From contig JBCCQY010000016.1 in assembly GCA_039208735.1 (NCBI GenBank), positions 1 to 64,000 on the forward strand: a DNA stretch of 64,000 nt. Reading direction: 5' to 3'. A program made the translations under genes and the position numbers. The notes under the pieces were generated by a model. That model searched no databases. It had not been told where the DNA came from and saw only the letters and a list, made by a program, of their open reading frames with translations. Origin of the DNA: Myxococcota bacterium. GTDB lineage: Bacteria > Myxococcota_A > UBA796 > GCA-2862545. Shown here in pieces: positions 48,433 to 61,348 of the stretch; position 1 is the first letter of the stretch, and the number at the start of each line of letters is the position of its first letter.

Positions 48433-48448
48433 TGGCATGACGATTGCG
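48433..48448 (+). promoter_or_regulatory. Sigma-54 promoter (-24/-12)
   Basis: TGGCATGACGATTGCG has exact GG-N10-GC spacing and is followed by the GAGGAGG RBS and ATG at 48473. Confidence 0.7.
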
Positions 48449-48472
48449 AATCTCCTGATGAGGAGGGCCATC

Positions 48473-51284
<2,812 letters not shown>

Positions 51285-51285
<1 letters not shown>

Positions 51286-52304
51286 CAGCGATGCACCAGC
51301 TCGAGGTCGACGTGCTGTGCGACGACCGCTTCCGGGGCGACCGCGGCATCCCCACGGAGGTGGCGATCCGCAAACGCCACGGACACCGCGGCTACCGCGC
51401 GAAGCTTCGGCTCGAGCGGGCCCGGACCAAACTGGCTCCCGGGGAAGACGAGCCGCAACAGAGCGGGCCGGATGAGAAGGCCGAGGTCCGACAGCTCGAG
51501 GTGCCCCGTGCGAGGCATGGTCACGACCAACGTGGGTCCAGCGGCTTCGCGAATCATCCCGTCGATGGGCTCCCACACCACGTCGAGCGCCCGCGCGGTT
51601 CGCGTCCGACCGGCGAGCACGACCAGCAAGGGCGCTTGCACCGGAGCAAGCGCGGGATCGGCAAAGGGAGGACCATCGAGGTTGATGATGGCTGCGCAAC
51701 GCGGCTCTTCGTCGCAAAGCGTGGTCGCGAGGCCCCCGCCGAAGCTGTGGCCCGCGAGCAACACACGGTCCGTCGACACGCCCAGGCGGGAAGGCAGATC
51801 ATCGAGAATCGCGCGCACGTCATCCGCCACCAACGCATGGGCCTTGAGGAAGACCGGATCGATGACGAACGACGGAGGATCGGTGGCCCGCCGAAGCAGG
51901 TCCGACCACGCGGAAGAAGGAGGTGCCGACGTCCCATCCGGGAAGTTCGGGAGCAGCGCCACCGGCGGATGGTCCGCCGCGACGACGGTGTAGCCATGAC
52001 TCGCCAGCTCGTGGATCCACGTGAGGTATGCGTGGCGTCGCCCCTGGGTTCCGTGCAGGAACACCACGACCGGCCCCCGTCCCGCCGAAGGGGTCCAGGC
52101 TTGTACCGGAAACCGCCTAGGAACCGGCGTGTCGGCAAGCCAATCCTGTCGGTCAGGCGTTTCGAGGACCCAGGTCTCCGAGACCACCGTCATCGGACCG
52201 GTGGGCAAAAGCTGCCGGTCCGGAACGGCCCACAGACCTACGGCGACGAAAAGCCCAAGCAATCCGAACACGATGCCCAACGCAATGGTGAAACGGCGAC
52301 TCAC
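51285..52304 (-). CDS. Alpha/beta hydrolase (PAF-acetylhydrolase-like), N-terminal TM
   Basis: Motifs VFLHG, LASHGYTVVAADH, GHSFGG, INLDG and GHLELSD. Confidence 0.88.
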
Positions 52305-52332
52305 CCCACCGGGGTATCGTTCCGCAACCGGC

Positions 52333-52512
52333 TTAGTCAGGCCAAACGAGCCGATCCGACAACCGTTCGACGTAGGCCTGGGCGCGGGGCAGATCGGTCA
52401 GGTAGCCGCGTTGGTGACAAAACCACATCTGCCAGTGCACGAGTACGTCGACCGCGGTGAAGGCCTCCCCCATGCAGAAGGGCTCGACGATGCGACGTTC
52501 GAGCACGGCCAT
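52333..52512 (-). pseudogene. Glutathione S-transferase C-terminal remnant
   Basis: MAVLERRIVEPFCMGEAFTAVDVL...DLPRAQAYVERLSDR resembles the GST C-terminal helices. No thioredoxin-like N-domain is present upstream. Confidence 0.55.
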
Positions 52513-52670
52513 GCGCCAAGTCGGCCCAAGGCGCCGCTCTGGCTGCTGATCCACCCCGACCTTCGTTCGGTGGCTCGAATCCGCATCACCGCAGACTTGC
52601 TCTTTGACGGACTGCGCTCGACCTTCCAAACTGCGTGACAGGGCAGCGAACCAACGCTATCCCGCAGCGG

Positions 52671-53285
52671 ATGGGAAGTCCGCGAGACCGAATTTTGCAA
52701 GCGAGCATCGCGCTGGTCAAAGAACAGGGCGTGCGAGCGGTGAGCTTCCGCGAAGTGGCGCGAAGGGCAGGAGTAAGCCACCAAACGCCTTATCATCACT
52801 TCGGAAACCACCAGGGCATTCTTCGGGCCATTGCCGAGGAAGGGTTTGAGCAACTCGCCAGCGCCATGGCAGAGGCGGCCGGACGCGCCGGACCCGACCC
52901 CCTGGACCGACTCACGGCTGGCGGCGTGGCCTACGTGCTCTTTGCGCTCGACCACGTGGGCCACTTCCGCGTGATGTTCGACCACACGTTGTTTGAATCA
53001 CCAGAAAATTCCCCCACCGTGTCCGAAGGCCAGCGGGCCTATGGGGTCTTGCTCACCTTGGCCCACGCGGCACATGGTGCAAGCTACGGTCACCACCTCT
53101 CGGCCGACACCCTCACCGCGATGAGTTGGTCCATGGCCCATGGCTTGGCCACGTTGCTCGTCGAGGGCGTACTGTCGGCCAAGTTCACGCCCGAGGGCGG
53201 GTTCGAGCGCAAGGCCCTCACCACAACCCTCATGGGGCAATTCGCCGAGCTGCTCCGGTCGGCGACCGACGCGCCCGCCGATTAG
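52671..53285 (+). CDS. TetR/AcrR family regulator (WHG-type)
   Basis: Motifs SFREVARRAGVSHQTPYHHF and WSMAHGLA. Confidence 0.92.
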   Translation: MGSPRDRILQASIALVKEQGVRAVSFREVARRAGVSHQTPYHHFGNHQGILRAIAEEGFEQLASAMAEAAGRAGPDPLDRLTAGGVAYVLFALDHVGHFRVMFDHTLFESPENSPTVSEGQRAYGVLLTLAHAAHGASYGHHLSADTLTAMSWSMAHGLATLLVEGVLSAKFTPEGGFERKALTTTLMGQFAELLRSATDAPAD

Positions 53286-56200
53286 GCCTTGGCCACGCCG
53301 ATCGTGACCTCGATTGGCCCGCGCACGGTGCTCAAGATGACGCCTGCCGCAGCCCGGTCCACCACGTCGATGGACGTCGCCAACAGCTCGGTCGCGATGC
53401 TCTCTCGCTGACCTTCGACCGCGTCCCGCAGGCCCGCATGGGCACTCGTCACGGTCAGCGCCACGCGGTCCGTCACCTCAAGTCCAAGGTCCTTGCGGGC
53501 CTGCTGGGCCGCACTCACGAGCTCCCTGGCGATGCCTTCGGCCACGAGTTCGTCGGTGAGTGCGGTGTCGAACGCCACGATGAGCGCCCCTTCGGTCTCG
53601 ATGACGACGTCTTCGCGGGATTCGCGTCGGACGTCGACGTCCGCCTCAGCGATGGCTTCGCCAAGCACCTCGAGGGTCTCTCCCGCCTGCAACTGGCGGT
53701 ATTCCTCGGCCCCCCACGCCCCGATCAGCTTGGCCGCATCCTTCATCTGCTTGCCGAAGCGGCGGCCGAGCGTCTTGAAGTTTGGCTTACAGGTGAGCGT
53801 GGCCAATTGGTCGCCCTCGGCTTGGACCACGACCTCCTTGACGTTCAACTCATCGGCGATGATGGCCGCCTGGGCCTCGACCGCCGCTCGCACGTCGGGC
53901 TCGTGGTGCACGATGGTGAGCGAGCCCAGCGGCTGTCGGGTCTTCAGCTTGTGCCGTTCCCGCAACCGACGCCCCAGCCGGACGATGTCGCGAGACCAAC
54001 GCACCTGCGCTTCGAGGTCTCGGTCGATGACCGCCTCGTCGACCCGCGGCCAGTCACAGAGGTGCACCGAGTCGGCATCGCCGTCCTGGACGCCCGGAGC
54101 CACGACCAGCGACTGGTAGATCGCTTCGGTGGCGAAGGGCAGGATGGGTGCAAGCACCTTGGTAAACGTCACCAGCGTTTCGTACAACGTGGCGTAGGCG
54201 CAGGCCTTGTCGTGCTTGGCCGCCGCATCATCAGCCGACCGCCAGAACCGCCGCCGCGACAACCGAATGTACCAGTTGGTGAGGTCATCGATGAACGCCA
54301 ACACCCGCGGGACGACATTGTAGAGATGGTAGACCTCCATCTCTGTGTCGACATCGGCGATGAGGGATTGCAAGTGGCTCACCAACCAGCGGTCCAGCTC
54401 GGGCCGTTCGGCGACCGGCGGACGATCTGCGGTGGGGGTCCACTCGTCGATGTTCGCGTATTGGACGAAGAACGAATGGGCGTTGTGGAGCGGAAGCAGC
54501 ACCGTCCGGACCACCTCTTGGACGCCTTGGTCGAGGAACTTGAGCTTCTCGGCTCGCACCACGGGACTGTTGACGAGGTAGGCCCGCAGTGCATCGGCCC
54601 CGTACTCATCGAGGATCGTCTCGGGGGAGGTGAAGTTCATCTTGCTTTTGCTCATCTTGGCGCCGTCTTCAGCGAGCACCATCCCGTTCACCACCACGTT
54701 CTCGAACGGCGACCGATCGAAGAGGGCGGTTCCGAGGACCAGCAGCGTGTAGAACCACCCTCGGGTCTGGTCGAGCCCCTCGGCGATGAACTGCGCCGGG
54801 AAGCGCTGTTCAAAGGTCGACTCCCCCTCGAAGGGGTAGTGGCTCTGCGCGTACGGCATCGAGCCTGACTCAAACCAACAGTCGAACACCTCCGTGACGC
54901 GGCGCATCGTTCCGCCGCATTCAGGGCAGACGAACGTGAGGTGATCGATCTTGTGGGGATGGATGTCATCGATGGTCGCCCCGGTCTTCTCTTCGAGTTC
55001 CTTCGCAGAACCGATACAGACCTTGTGCGATTCATCGTGATCGCACACCCAGATGGGCAATGGCGTACCCCAAAAGCGATTCCGGGACACGTTCCAGTCC
55101 CTGGCATCCTCGAGCCAGTTGCCAAAGCGTTTGCTGCCCACGAAGTCGGGCACCCAATGGATGGACTGGTTGTGCTCGACCATGCGTTCCCGCAAATCGG
55201 AAACCTTGACGAACCACGCCGGTAACGCCCGGTAGATGAGCGGGGTCTCGGAGCGCCAGCAGAAGGGGTATTGGTGCGTCAGGGTTTCCTGACGGAACAA
55301 CCGCCCCGTCTTTTTGATCCAACGGATGAGATCGGGGTCGGCTTCCTTCACGTTCCGACCCGCAAACTCACCCACGGCCGCGGTGAATCGCCCTTCGTCG
55401 TCGACCGACTGAAGCACGTCGATGCCGGCTGCCCGCGCCGCGTGGAAATCCTCTTCCCCGAAGTCAGGAGCCATGTGAACCAGGCCCGTACCGTCTTCGG
55501 TGGTGACGTGAGGCGCCTCGATCACCACGAACGCGTTGGGTCGATCGACGAAATAGGGAAACAGTGGTTCGTAGGTGATGCCGACCAACTCGGCACCCTT
55601 GACGCGCTCGACCACCTCGGCCGCCTTGCCGAGAACCGCCTCCATGCGGGCTTCGGCCACCACATACACAGTGTCGTCGTCGGGACGCTTCGCACGCACA
55701 TAATCGATGTCTGCGCCGACTGCGATGGCCTGGTTGCTCGGCAGGGTCCAAGGGGTCGTCGTCCAGATGAGCAAGACGTCATCACCCTTCTTGGCGGGCA
55801 TCGCGACGGTAATGGCCGGATCTTGAACGGTTCGATAGTCGCTGTTGGCTTCGAAGTTCGACAGCGACGTGGACAGCCGCCAACTGTATGGCATGACGCG
55901 AAAGTCGCGGTAGACCAGGCCCTTGTCCCAGAGCTGGCGAAACACCCACCACACGCTCTCCATAAAGGAGAGGTCCATCGTCTTGTAGTCGTTGTCGAAA
56001 TCAATCCAGCGCCCGAGCCGTCCGACGATCCGACGCCATTCGTTGACGTAGGTGAGCACGTTGTCACGACAAGCCTCGTTGAACTTGTCGACGCCATAGT
56101 CTCGTACCGCGGACGGTCCGTTCAGTTCGAGCTTCTTTTCCATCAGCATTTCGATGGGAAGCCCATGGGTGTCCCAGCCAAACCGGCGCTCGACGCGGTA

Positions 56201-56434
56201 ACCGCGCATCGTCCAGTAGCGGGGGACGACGTCCTTGATGGTGCCCGGCACGAGGTGGCCGTAGTGCGGCAGACCCGTGGCAAATGGAGGACCATCGTAG
56301 AACGAAAAGGACTTGGACGGATCACGCCGCGACACCGACCGCGCGAAGGCGTCAATCCGCTCCCACAGCTCAATGATCTGAGACTCTTGCTGCGGGAAAT
56401 TCGGATCTTTGGCCACTGCGGGAAAGGTGGGCAT
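53282..56434 (-). CDS. ileS: Isoleucyl-tRNA synthetase, type 2
   Basis: Motifs FYDGPPFATGLPHYGH, GWDTHGLP, WTTTPWTLPSN, CWFESGSMP, EGLDQTRGWF and KMSKS. It has a long type-2 C-terminus without the type-1 Zn finger. Confidence 0.96.
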   Translation of the reverse strand: MPTFPAVAKDPNFPQQESQIIELWERIDAFARSVSRRDPSKSFSFYDGPPFATGLPHYGHLVPGTIKDVVPRYWTMRGYRVERRFGWDTHGLPIEMLMEKKLELNGPSAVRDYGVDKFNEACRDNVLTYVNEWRRIVGRLGRWIDFDNDYKTMDLSFMESVWWVFRQLWDKGLVYRDFRVMPYSWRLSTSLSNFEANSDYRTVQDPAITVAMPAKKGDDVLLIWTTTPWTLPSNQAIAVGADIDYVRAKRPDDDTVYVVAEARMEAVLGKAAEVVERVKGAELVGITYEPLFPYFVDRPNAFVVIEAPHVTTEDGTGLVHMAPDFGEEDFHAARAAGIDVLQSVDDEGRFTAAVGEFAGRNVKEADPDLIRWIKKTGRLFRQETLTHQYPFCWRSETPLIYRALPAWFVKVSDLRERMVEHNQSIHWVPDFVGSKRFGNWLEDARDWNVSRNRFWGTPLPIWVCDHDESHKVCIGSAKELEEKTGATIDDIHPHKIDHLTFVCPECGGTMRRVTEVFDCWFESGSMPYAQSHYPFEGESTFEQRFPAQFIAEGLDQTRGWFYTLLVLGTALFDRSPFENVVVNGMVLAEDGAKMSKSKMNFTSPETILDEYGADALRAYLVNSPVVRAEKLKFLDQGVQEVVRTVLLPLHNAHSFFVQYANIDEWTPTADRPPVAERPELDRWLVSHLQSLIADVDTEMEVYHLYNVVPRVLAFIDDLTNWYIRLSRRRFWRSADDAAAKHDKACAYATLYETLVTFTKVLAPILPFATEAIYQSLVVAPGVQDGDADSVHLCDWPRVDEAVIDRDLEAQVRWSRDIVRLGRRLRERHKLKTRQPLGSLTIVHHEPDVRAAVEAQAAIIADELNVKEVVVQAEGDQLATLTCKPNFKTLGRRFGKQMKDAAKLIGAWGAEEYRQLQAGETLEVLGEAIAEADVDVRRESREDVVIETEGALIVAFDTALTDELVAEGIARELVSAAQQARKDLGLEVTDRVALTVTSAHAGLRDAVEGQRESIATELLATSIDVVDRAAAGVILSTVRGPIEVTIGVAKA

Positions 56435-56537
56435 CGGGTACTCCGCCCGGCCGTGACGTTGGCCGGGTCTGGGTTTCGTATTGAGGGCACGGGGTCCCGG
56501 CCAAGGGGAAACGACCGCCGCAATCGGCGCCGTGCGT

Positions 56538-57668
56538 TCAGCGAAGTTGGCCGAGAATCGCCGCAATGGCATCGATGGCCGAGGCGCCCAGCCGTTCTGC
56601 GCGGCCCGGCGACCACCCGACGTCGGGTTGCGGCCGGTTGGCGGTGTCTTTGAACGGCTGCTCCAAGGTGAGGGCCAGGCAGTCGAAGCGGTGCGCCACC
56701 TGATTGCTGCACATGGTGAGGTTCGCCTGCCCCGGGGCCGCCTTCGGATAGCCGTAGGTCTTCTGCATGTCGGGGTTGGCCTCGATGTAGGCGTCGAGGA
56801 AGCGCTGCTGGATCGTGGCGATGCGCTCCGAGTAGCTTGGAACACCCTCGGGTCCGGCGAGGAAATTGTAGGGCAGTTCTTCGTCTCCGTGCACATCCAG
56901 GCAGAAGTCTACGCCCGTTTCATCCATTCGATCGCGAACGAGCTTGACCTCGGGCGACCGTTCCATGGTGGGGGCGTGCCACTCGCGGTTCAAGTTGGCG
57001 CCCGCGGCATTGTTTCGCAGGTGACCCCTTCGGGAACCGTCCGGGTTCATGTTGGGCACCACATGGAACGTGGCTCCATCCCGCAGCCGGCCGGCCAGGG
57101 CATCGCGAGGATCCACAAGGCGACGCAGAAACCCCTGCATCCACCACTCTGCCATGGATTCGCCGGGATGCTGACGGGCGATCGCCCACACCGTCCGAGG
57201 TCCAGATCCCACATGGACCACGTCAAGATCGTGGCCATCGAGGGTGGCGCCAAGACGCTCCACGGTCACGCCTTCGACCTGCTGGGTACGACCGATCAAG
57301 TCCTGGTGTTGCTCCCAGCTAAAGGGCGCGAAGTACGCGTACCAGGTCACATCCGCGGTGGGCGTGTGTTCGATGTGCAATTGGCCAGATTCGTAGCGCG
57401 TCGGCACCCGGAACCAGTGGACGCGATCGGTGCTCGCGACCGCCTGGTAGCCGTTCCATGCTTTCGCATACGAACACTCCGCGGCGTTCACGATACGTAG
57501 CCGCAGCGGTTGGTTGCGCGCTCCTCCGACGCGGAAGTGGAACCATTGTAGATGGTCGCCCCCGGCATCCCGGCGGATCGCGAGCTGGACATCATCAGAA
57601 CGGCTCGCATCCAAAACATCGATGTTGCCGGAATCGAAGGCGGCGCTCACGTGTATCGCCATTAGCAT
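56538..57668 (-). CDS. M14 cytosolic carboxypeptidase (CCP/Nna1-like)
   Basis: Motifs FDSGNI, WFHF, ARQHPGE, NPDG, NLNREW, DVHGDE and TLEQPF. Confidence 0.92.
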   Translation of the reverse strand: MLMAIHVSAAFDSGNIDVLDASRSDDVQLAIRRDAGGDHLQWFHFRVGGARNQPLRLRIVNAAECSYAKAWNGYQAVASTDRVHWFRVPTRYESGQLHIEHTPTADVTWYAYFAPFSWEQHQDLIGRTQQVEGVTVERLGATLDGHDLDVVHVGSGPRTVWAIARQHPGESMAEWWMQGFLRRLVDPRDALAGRLRDGATFHVVPNMNPDGSRRGHLRNNAAGANLNREWHAPTMERSPEVKLVRDRMDETGVDFCLDVHGDEELPYNFLAGPEGVPSYSERIATIQQRFLDAYIEANPDMQKTYGYPKAAPGQANLTMCSNQVAHRFDCLALTLEQPFKDTANRPQPDVGWSPGRAERLGASAIDAIAAILGQLR

Positions 57669-57811
57669 TTTCCCCTAAAGGTCCATTGTCGAGGTCGTTA
57701 GTGTCCGATTCAGGACCGAAACCCTCGCGTGCCTGTTCTTGTGTTTCTCGACGGGCGGCCTGACGGCCGCCGGTTATCCCGTCATGTCGGTCCTACCGAA
57801 GGAGGCTGCGG

Positions 57812-58690
57812 GTGGCATCCCCCACCAACCTGCTCAACCCCTGGACGGCCTACAGTGCCCTCCGTGATCAACTCGGAAGCGTCCGGCGCGTGTATCTCGC
57901 GCGCCCGGCCACGCCCGAGGTCGCACATCTTCAAGGCAGGTCCGACGTCGTCGCGCTGATTCACGGGTTCTTCCAAACGCCCAACATCTGGGATGTGATG
58001 GAGGATCGCCTTCGCCACGATGGCTTTGGGGTGGTGACCTTCCACCTCAAGGGCTTGCTCGGCCGGTTCAACACCCGGCGGGTCGACGCCTGTGCTCGCA
58101 CGGTGGGCATGGCGCTGCACGACCTCCGCGAAGCGCACCCCGAATTGCGGATCCACCTCGTGGGCCACAGCAAGGGCGGCATCATTGCGCGGCGCCTCGT
58201 CCAACACCAGGGTGGGGATGAGTACGCAACCTCGGTGACTACGCTGGGCACACCGCACCATGGAACGCCCCTCGCGGCGGTCGGCATGGCGATCCTCGGC
58301 ATGTCAGGCACGCTGCGCAGCTCGGCCAACGACCTGCTGCCCGGCTCGTCCGTCGTCGAAGCCCTCTCGCGCGATACCTTCCCCGCCCACATCCCGCTGA
58401 CGTCGATCTACTCGACGTCGGACCTGGTCACGCCCACGTGGTCTGCGACGCTGCGGCCTCGGCCCGGTGAACACCACCTCGAAAACGTGCAGGTCAAGCA
58501 CGTCGGTCATTCCGAACTGGTGTGGGATGCAGGCGTCTACCGGGTGGTCCGGGAGCGTCTCGAGCAGGCGGCCGCGCTCGCCCAGGAGCGGTTGGCCGGC
58601 ACCGACGAAGAACCCCGGGCGTGCCCCATCGATGATGTGCTTCGGTCTTCGGGGCTTCCGGTCGGCACGCGCCAGCTCGCGGCGAAGTAG
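57812..58690 (+). CDS. Lipase/esterase (alpha/beta hydrolase)
   Basis: Motifs LIHGF, GHSKGG, TLGTPHHGT and VGHSEL. Confidence 0.88.
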   Translation: MASPTNLLNPWTAYSALRDQLGSVRRVYLARPATPEVAHLQGRSDVVALIHGFFQTPNIWDVMEDRLRHDGFGVVTFHLKGLLGRFNTRRVDACARTVGMALHDLREAHPELRIHLVGHSKGGIIARRLVQHQGGDEYATSVTTLGTPHHGTPLAAVGMAILGMSGTLRSSANDLLPGSSVVEALSRDTFPAHIPLTSIYSTSDLVTPTWSATLRPRPGEHHLENVQVKHVGHSELVWDAGVYRVVRERLEQAAALAQERLAGTDEEPRACPIDDVLRSSGLPVGTRQLAAK

Positions 58691-58692
58691 CC

Positions 58693-59703
58693 ATGAGCAA
58701 AGCGTACCGGGACGCGGGCGTCGACATCGAAGCCGGTGACGCCCTGGTCGAACGCATCAAACCTGCCGTAAAGGCCACCCATCGCCCCGAAGTGATGGGA
58801 GGCATCGGCGGTTTCGCAGGATTGTTCGCCCTCGACACAAGCCGCTACCAAAACCCGGTTTTGGTGTCGGGGACCGATGGCGTCGGCACGAAGCTCCTCG
58901 TGGCTCAACGATTGGGCCGCCACGACACGATCGGCCAAGATCTCGTCGCCATGTGCGTCAACGACATCGCCACGACGGGCGCTGAGCCCTTGTTCTTCCT
59001 CGACTACTTTGCGACGGGCAAGCTCAATGTCGACGAAGCCGCCCAGGTCGTCGAAGGCATTGCTCGGGCGTGCAAGGAGGCGGGATGTGCGCTCCTCGGC
59101 GGCGAAACGGCCGAGATGCCCGCCATGTACTCGCCAGGCCACTATGACCTCGCTGGGTTTTGTGTAGGCATTGCCGAGCGAGAAGAGCTGATCACGGGGC
59201 AAGACATTCGCCCAGGCATGGCGCTGGTGGGCGTGCCCTCCGCAGGGCTCCACAGCAACGGATTTTCGCTCGTTCGCAAGCTGCTCGTCGACTCCGAGAC
59301 GTTTTCCCTTGACGAAGACGTAGGTGGCTTTGGGCGCACGCTCGGCGAGGAACTGCTCGCTCCCACGCGCATCTACGTCCAAGCCCTGCGTGACCTTAGG
59401 ACACTCACCACCGTGCACGGCGCCTCCCACATCACGGGTGGCGGCCTTCCAGGGAACATCGTCCGCATGTTGCCCGAAGGCTGTGGAGCGCAGCTCGCTC
59501 GCGGCAGCTGGCCCGTGCCCCCAATCTTCGGTCTGCTTTCAGAGGTCGGCGAACTCTCCGAAGACGACATGGTCCGCACCTTCAACTGCGGCCTTGGACT
59601 CGTGTGTGCAATCGACGCGGATGCCGCCCCTACGGTCGTCGACGCAGGATTAGGCTACCTCGTGGGAGAGGTCGGGCAAGGCGAAGGACTCGTTTGGACA
59701 TGA
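58693..59703 (+). CDS. purM: Phosphoribosylformylglycinamidine cyclo-ligase (AIR synthetase)
   Basis: Motifs YRDAGVDI, GTDGVGTKL, PLFFLDY, GGETAEMP, GLHSNG and HITGGG. Confidence 0.97.
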   Translation: MSKAYRDAGVDIEAGDALVERIKPAVKATHRPEVMGGIGGFAGLFALDTSRYQNPVLVSGTDGVGTKLLVAQRLGRHDTIGQDLVAMCVNDIATTGAEPLFFLDYFATGKLNVDEAAQVVEGIARACKEAGCALLGGETAEMPAMYSPGHYDLAGFCVGIAEREELITGQDIRPGMALVGVPSAGLHSNGFSLVRKLLVDSETFSLDEDVGGFGRTLGEELLAPTRIYVQALRDLRTLTTVHGASHITGGGLPGNIVRMLPEGCGAQLARGSWPVPPIFGLLSEVGELSEDDMVRTFNCGLGLVCAIDADAAPTVVDAGLGYLVGEVGQGEGLVWT

Positions 59704-60311
59704 ACACGGGCAAGGTCAGGGTCGGCGTTCTTGCCAGTGGCAGCGGAACCAACTTTCGTTCCTTGGTCGAATCGACTCGCATGCCGGGTCACCCCGCCGA
59801 AATCGTCGTGCTGGGGAGTGACCGAAAGGCGTCCGGGGCCGTTGTACGTGCGCGCGACGCGGGCATTCCCAGCTTTGTCGAGTTGCTTCGCGAGTACCCG
59901 GACCGCGTCGCCTTCGATAAGGCCATCGCACACCAGCTTCGCAGCTACGACGTCGATTGGGTCTGTCTCGCCGGCTACATGAAGCTCGTGGGTGAGCCCA
60001 TTCTCAAGGCCTTTCCGAGCCGCATTCTAAATGTGCACCCGTCGTTACTGCCCGCATTTCCGGGCCTCAACGCCCCGCAGCAAGCGCTGGATTACGGGGT
60101 GCGGGTCTCGGGCTGCACCGTGCACTTGGTCAACGCTGGCACCGATACTGGGCCCATCGTGGCCCAGCAGGCGGTCGACATCCAGCCGGGCGACGATGCC
60201 CACAGTTTGCACTCACGCATCCAGCTCGTGGAACACGAGCTGTTCCCCAAGGTGCTGCGCTGGGCCGCCGAAGGACGCATTTCCCCCGACGGCCGCGTCG
60301 ACTACGCGTAG
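59700..60311 (+). CDS. purN: Phosphoribosylglycinamide formyltransferase
   Basis: Motifs SGSGTN, LAGYM, NVHPSLLPAFPG, GCTVH and DTGPI. Confidence 0.97.
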   Translation: MNTGKVRVGVLASGSGTNFRSLVESTRMPGHPAEIVVLGSDRKASGAVVRARDAGIPSFVELLREYPDRVAFDKAIAHQLRSYDVDWVCLAGYMKLVGEPILKAFPSRILNVHPSLLPAFPGLNAPQQALDYGVRVSGCTVHLVNAGTDTGPIVAQQAVDIQPGDDAHSLHSRIQLVEHELFPKVLRWAAEGRISPDGRVDYA

Positions 60312-60312
60312 G

Positions 60313-61302
60313 TCACTTGGCGGGAGGGGCTTGCGGCCGCTTGGACGTGGCAAAGTCACCGTTAAACGCGAGGCCTGCCGCGATGAGAGGCAACCCACGC
60401 GGAATGCCCACGGTCTGGCCATTTCGTTCGAACTGGCCCGTGCGGTAAGGGTGCTGGGCCCACCACTGGGCAATCACAAACAACGTGGGCTGATTGAAAC
60501 GCGACCCCGCCCCCTTGTCCGAAAACTGGTAGGCGAAGAGCGGTCCTACCCGATGATGGGCGAGATTTCCCTCATCCCCAATGTCGAGCTTGGTGAGGTT
60601 CGCGGTAAACGTGTAACGAGCCCCGATCCGAGCCTTGCCCGCGAGCAGGAGCAGGTCGGTGTCCTGCAGCCACATGAAGCCACCGTTCGGAGCTAGACGA
60701 TCCCAATACTGATCGTAGAACGACACGTCATCGCCCTCCAGACCAATGTTGTAGATCTGCGTTTGGCCGGTCGTACGAAGGGCGATGGGGCCGGCCGCGG
60801 CGCGCACCGTGAAGCCTGCCACGGCCACCCAGCCCGACGTGCCGAAGTTCAACCCCAGGTCGCCCTCATCGGCGATTTCTTGATCCGTATATTGAGCGGC
60901 TTGACCCGCCGGGTATGACAAGACCTGATCAAACGTCGAGAAGTAGCTGATGCCCTCAACCTGGGCGAAAACCCGGAATACCGACAGGAGCTGAGCCTCA
61001 CCATAGGCCCCAATTCGGCCGTAGGCCGGGGTGAGAAGGGCGGTCAATCCACCATACGTGTAGGTGTCTTGCAGCAAGATGCTGTCGCTGGTCGACAGGC
61101 GGCGGCGCACACCCAAGCGGAAAATGTTGATCAAACCAAGCGGATTCGCCCGAAGAAACGTGGCGTTGGTGTAATACAGCCGTCGCTTGGGGGCCGGAAC
61201 ATAGTCCTCCGCGCCCCCCTCGAACCCAGCATCATCGCCACGCGCACCGCGGTCCTGGCCAAACGCAGCGAACATCCCGAGTAGCAGCCCAACAAGCATC
61301 AT
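60313..61302 (-). CDS. Hypothetical exported protein, probable outer-membrane beta-barrel
   Basis: Signal peptide followed by aromatic-rich alternating beta-strands. Confidence 0.65.
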   Translation of the reverse strand: MMLVGLLLGMFAAFGQDRGARGDDAGFEGGAEDYVPAPKRRLYYTNATFLRANPLGLINIFRLGVRRRLSTSDSILLQDTYTYGGLTALLTPAYGRIGAYGEAQLLSVFRVFAQVEGISYFSTFDQVLSYPAGQAAQYTDQEIADEGDLGLNFGTSGWVAVAGFTVRAAAGPIALRTTGQTQIYNIGLEGDDVSFYDQYWDRLAPNGGFMWLQDTDLLLLAGKARIGARYTFTANLTKLDIGDEGNLAHHRVGPLFAYQFSDKGAGSRFNQPTLFVIAQWWAQHPYRTGQFERNGQTVGIPRGLPLIAAGLAFNGDFATSKRPQAPPAK

Positions 61303-61348
61303 GGAATCCTCCGAATCGTCGGAGGCTACCGCAAATGGGGCGTCCTCG

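Noticed and set aside
56435..56896. Apparent 150-aa N-terminal extension of IleRS
   Set aside because: It is an alternative frame of the carboxypeptidase gene; IleRS homology begins at MPTFP (56434). No T-box is recognisable in the ~100-nt gap.
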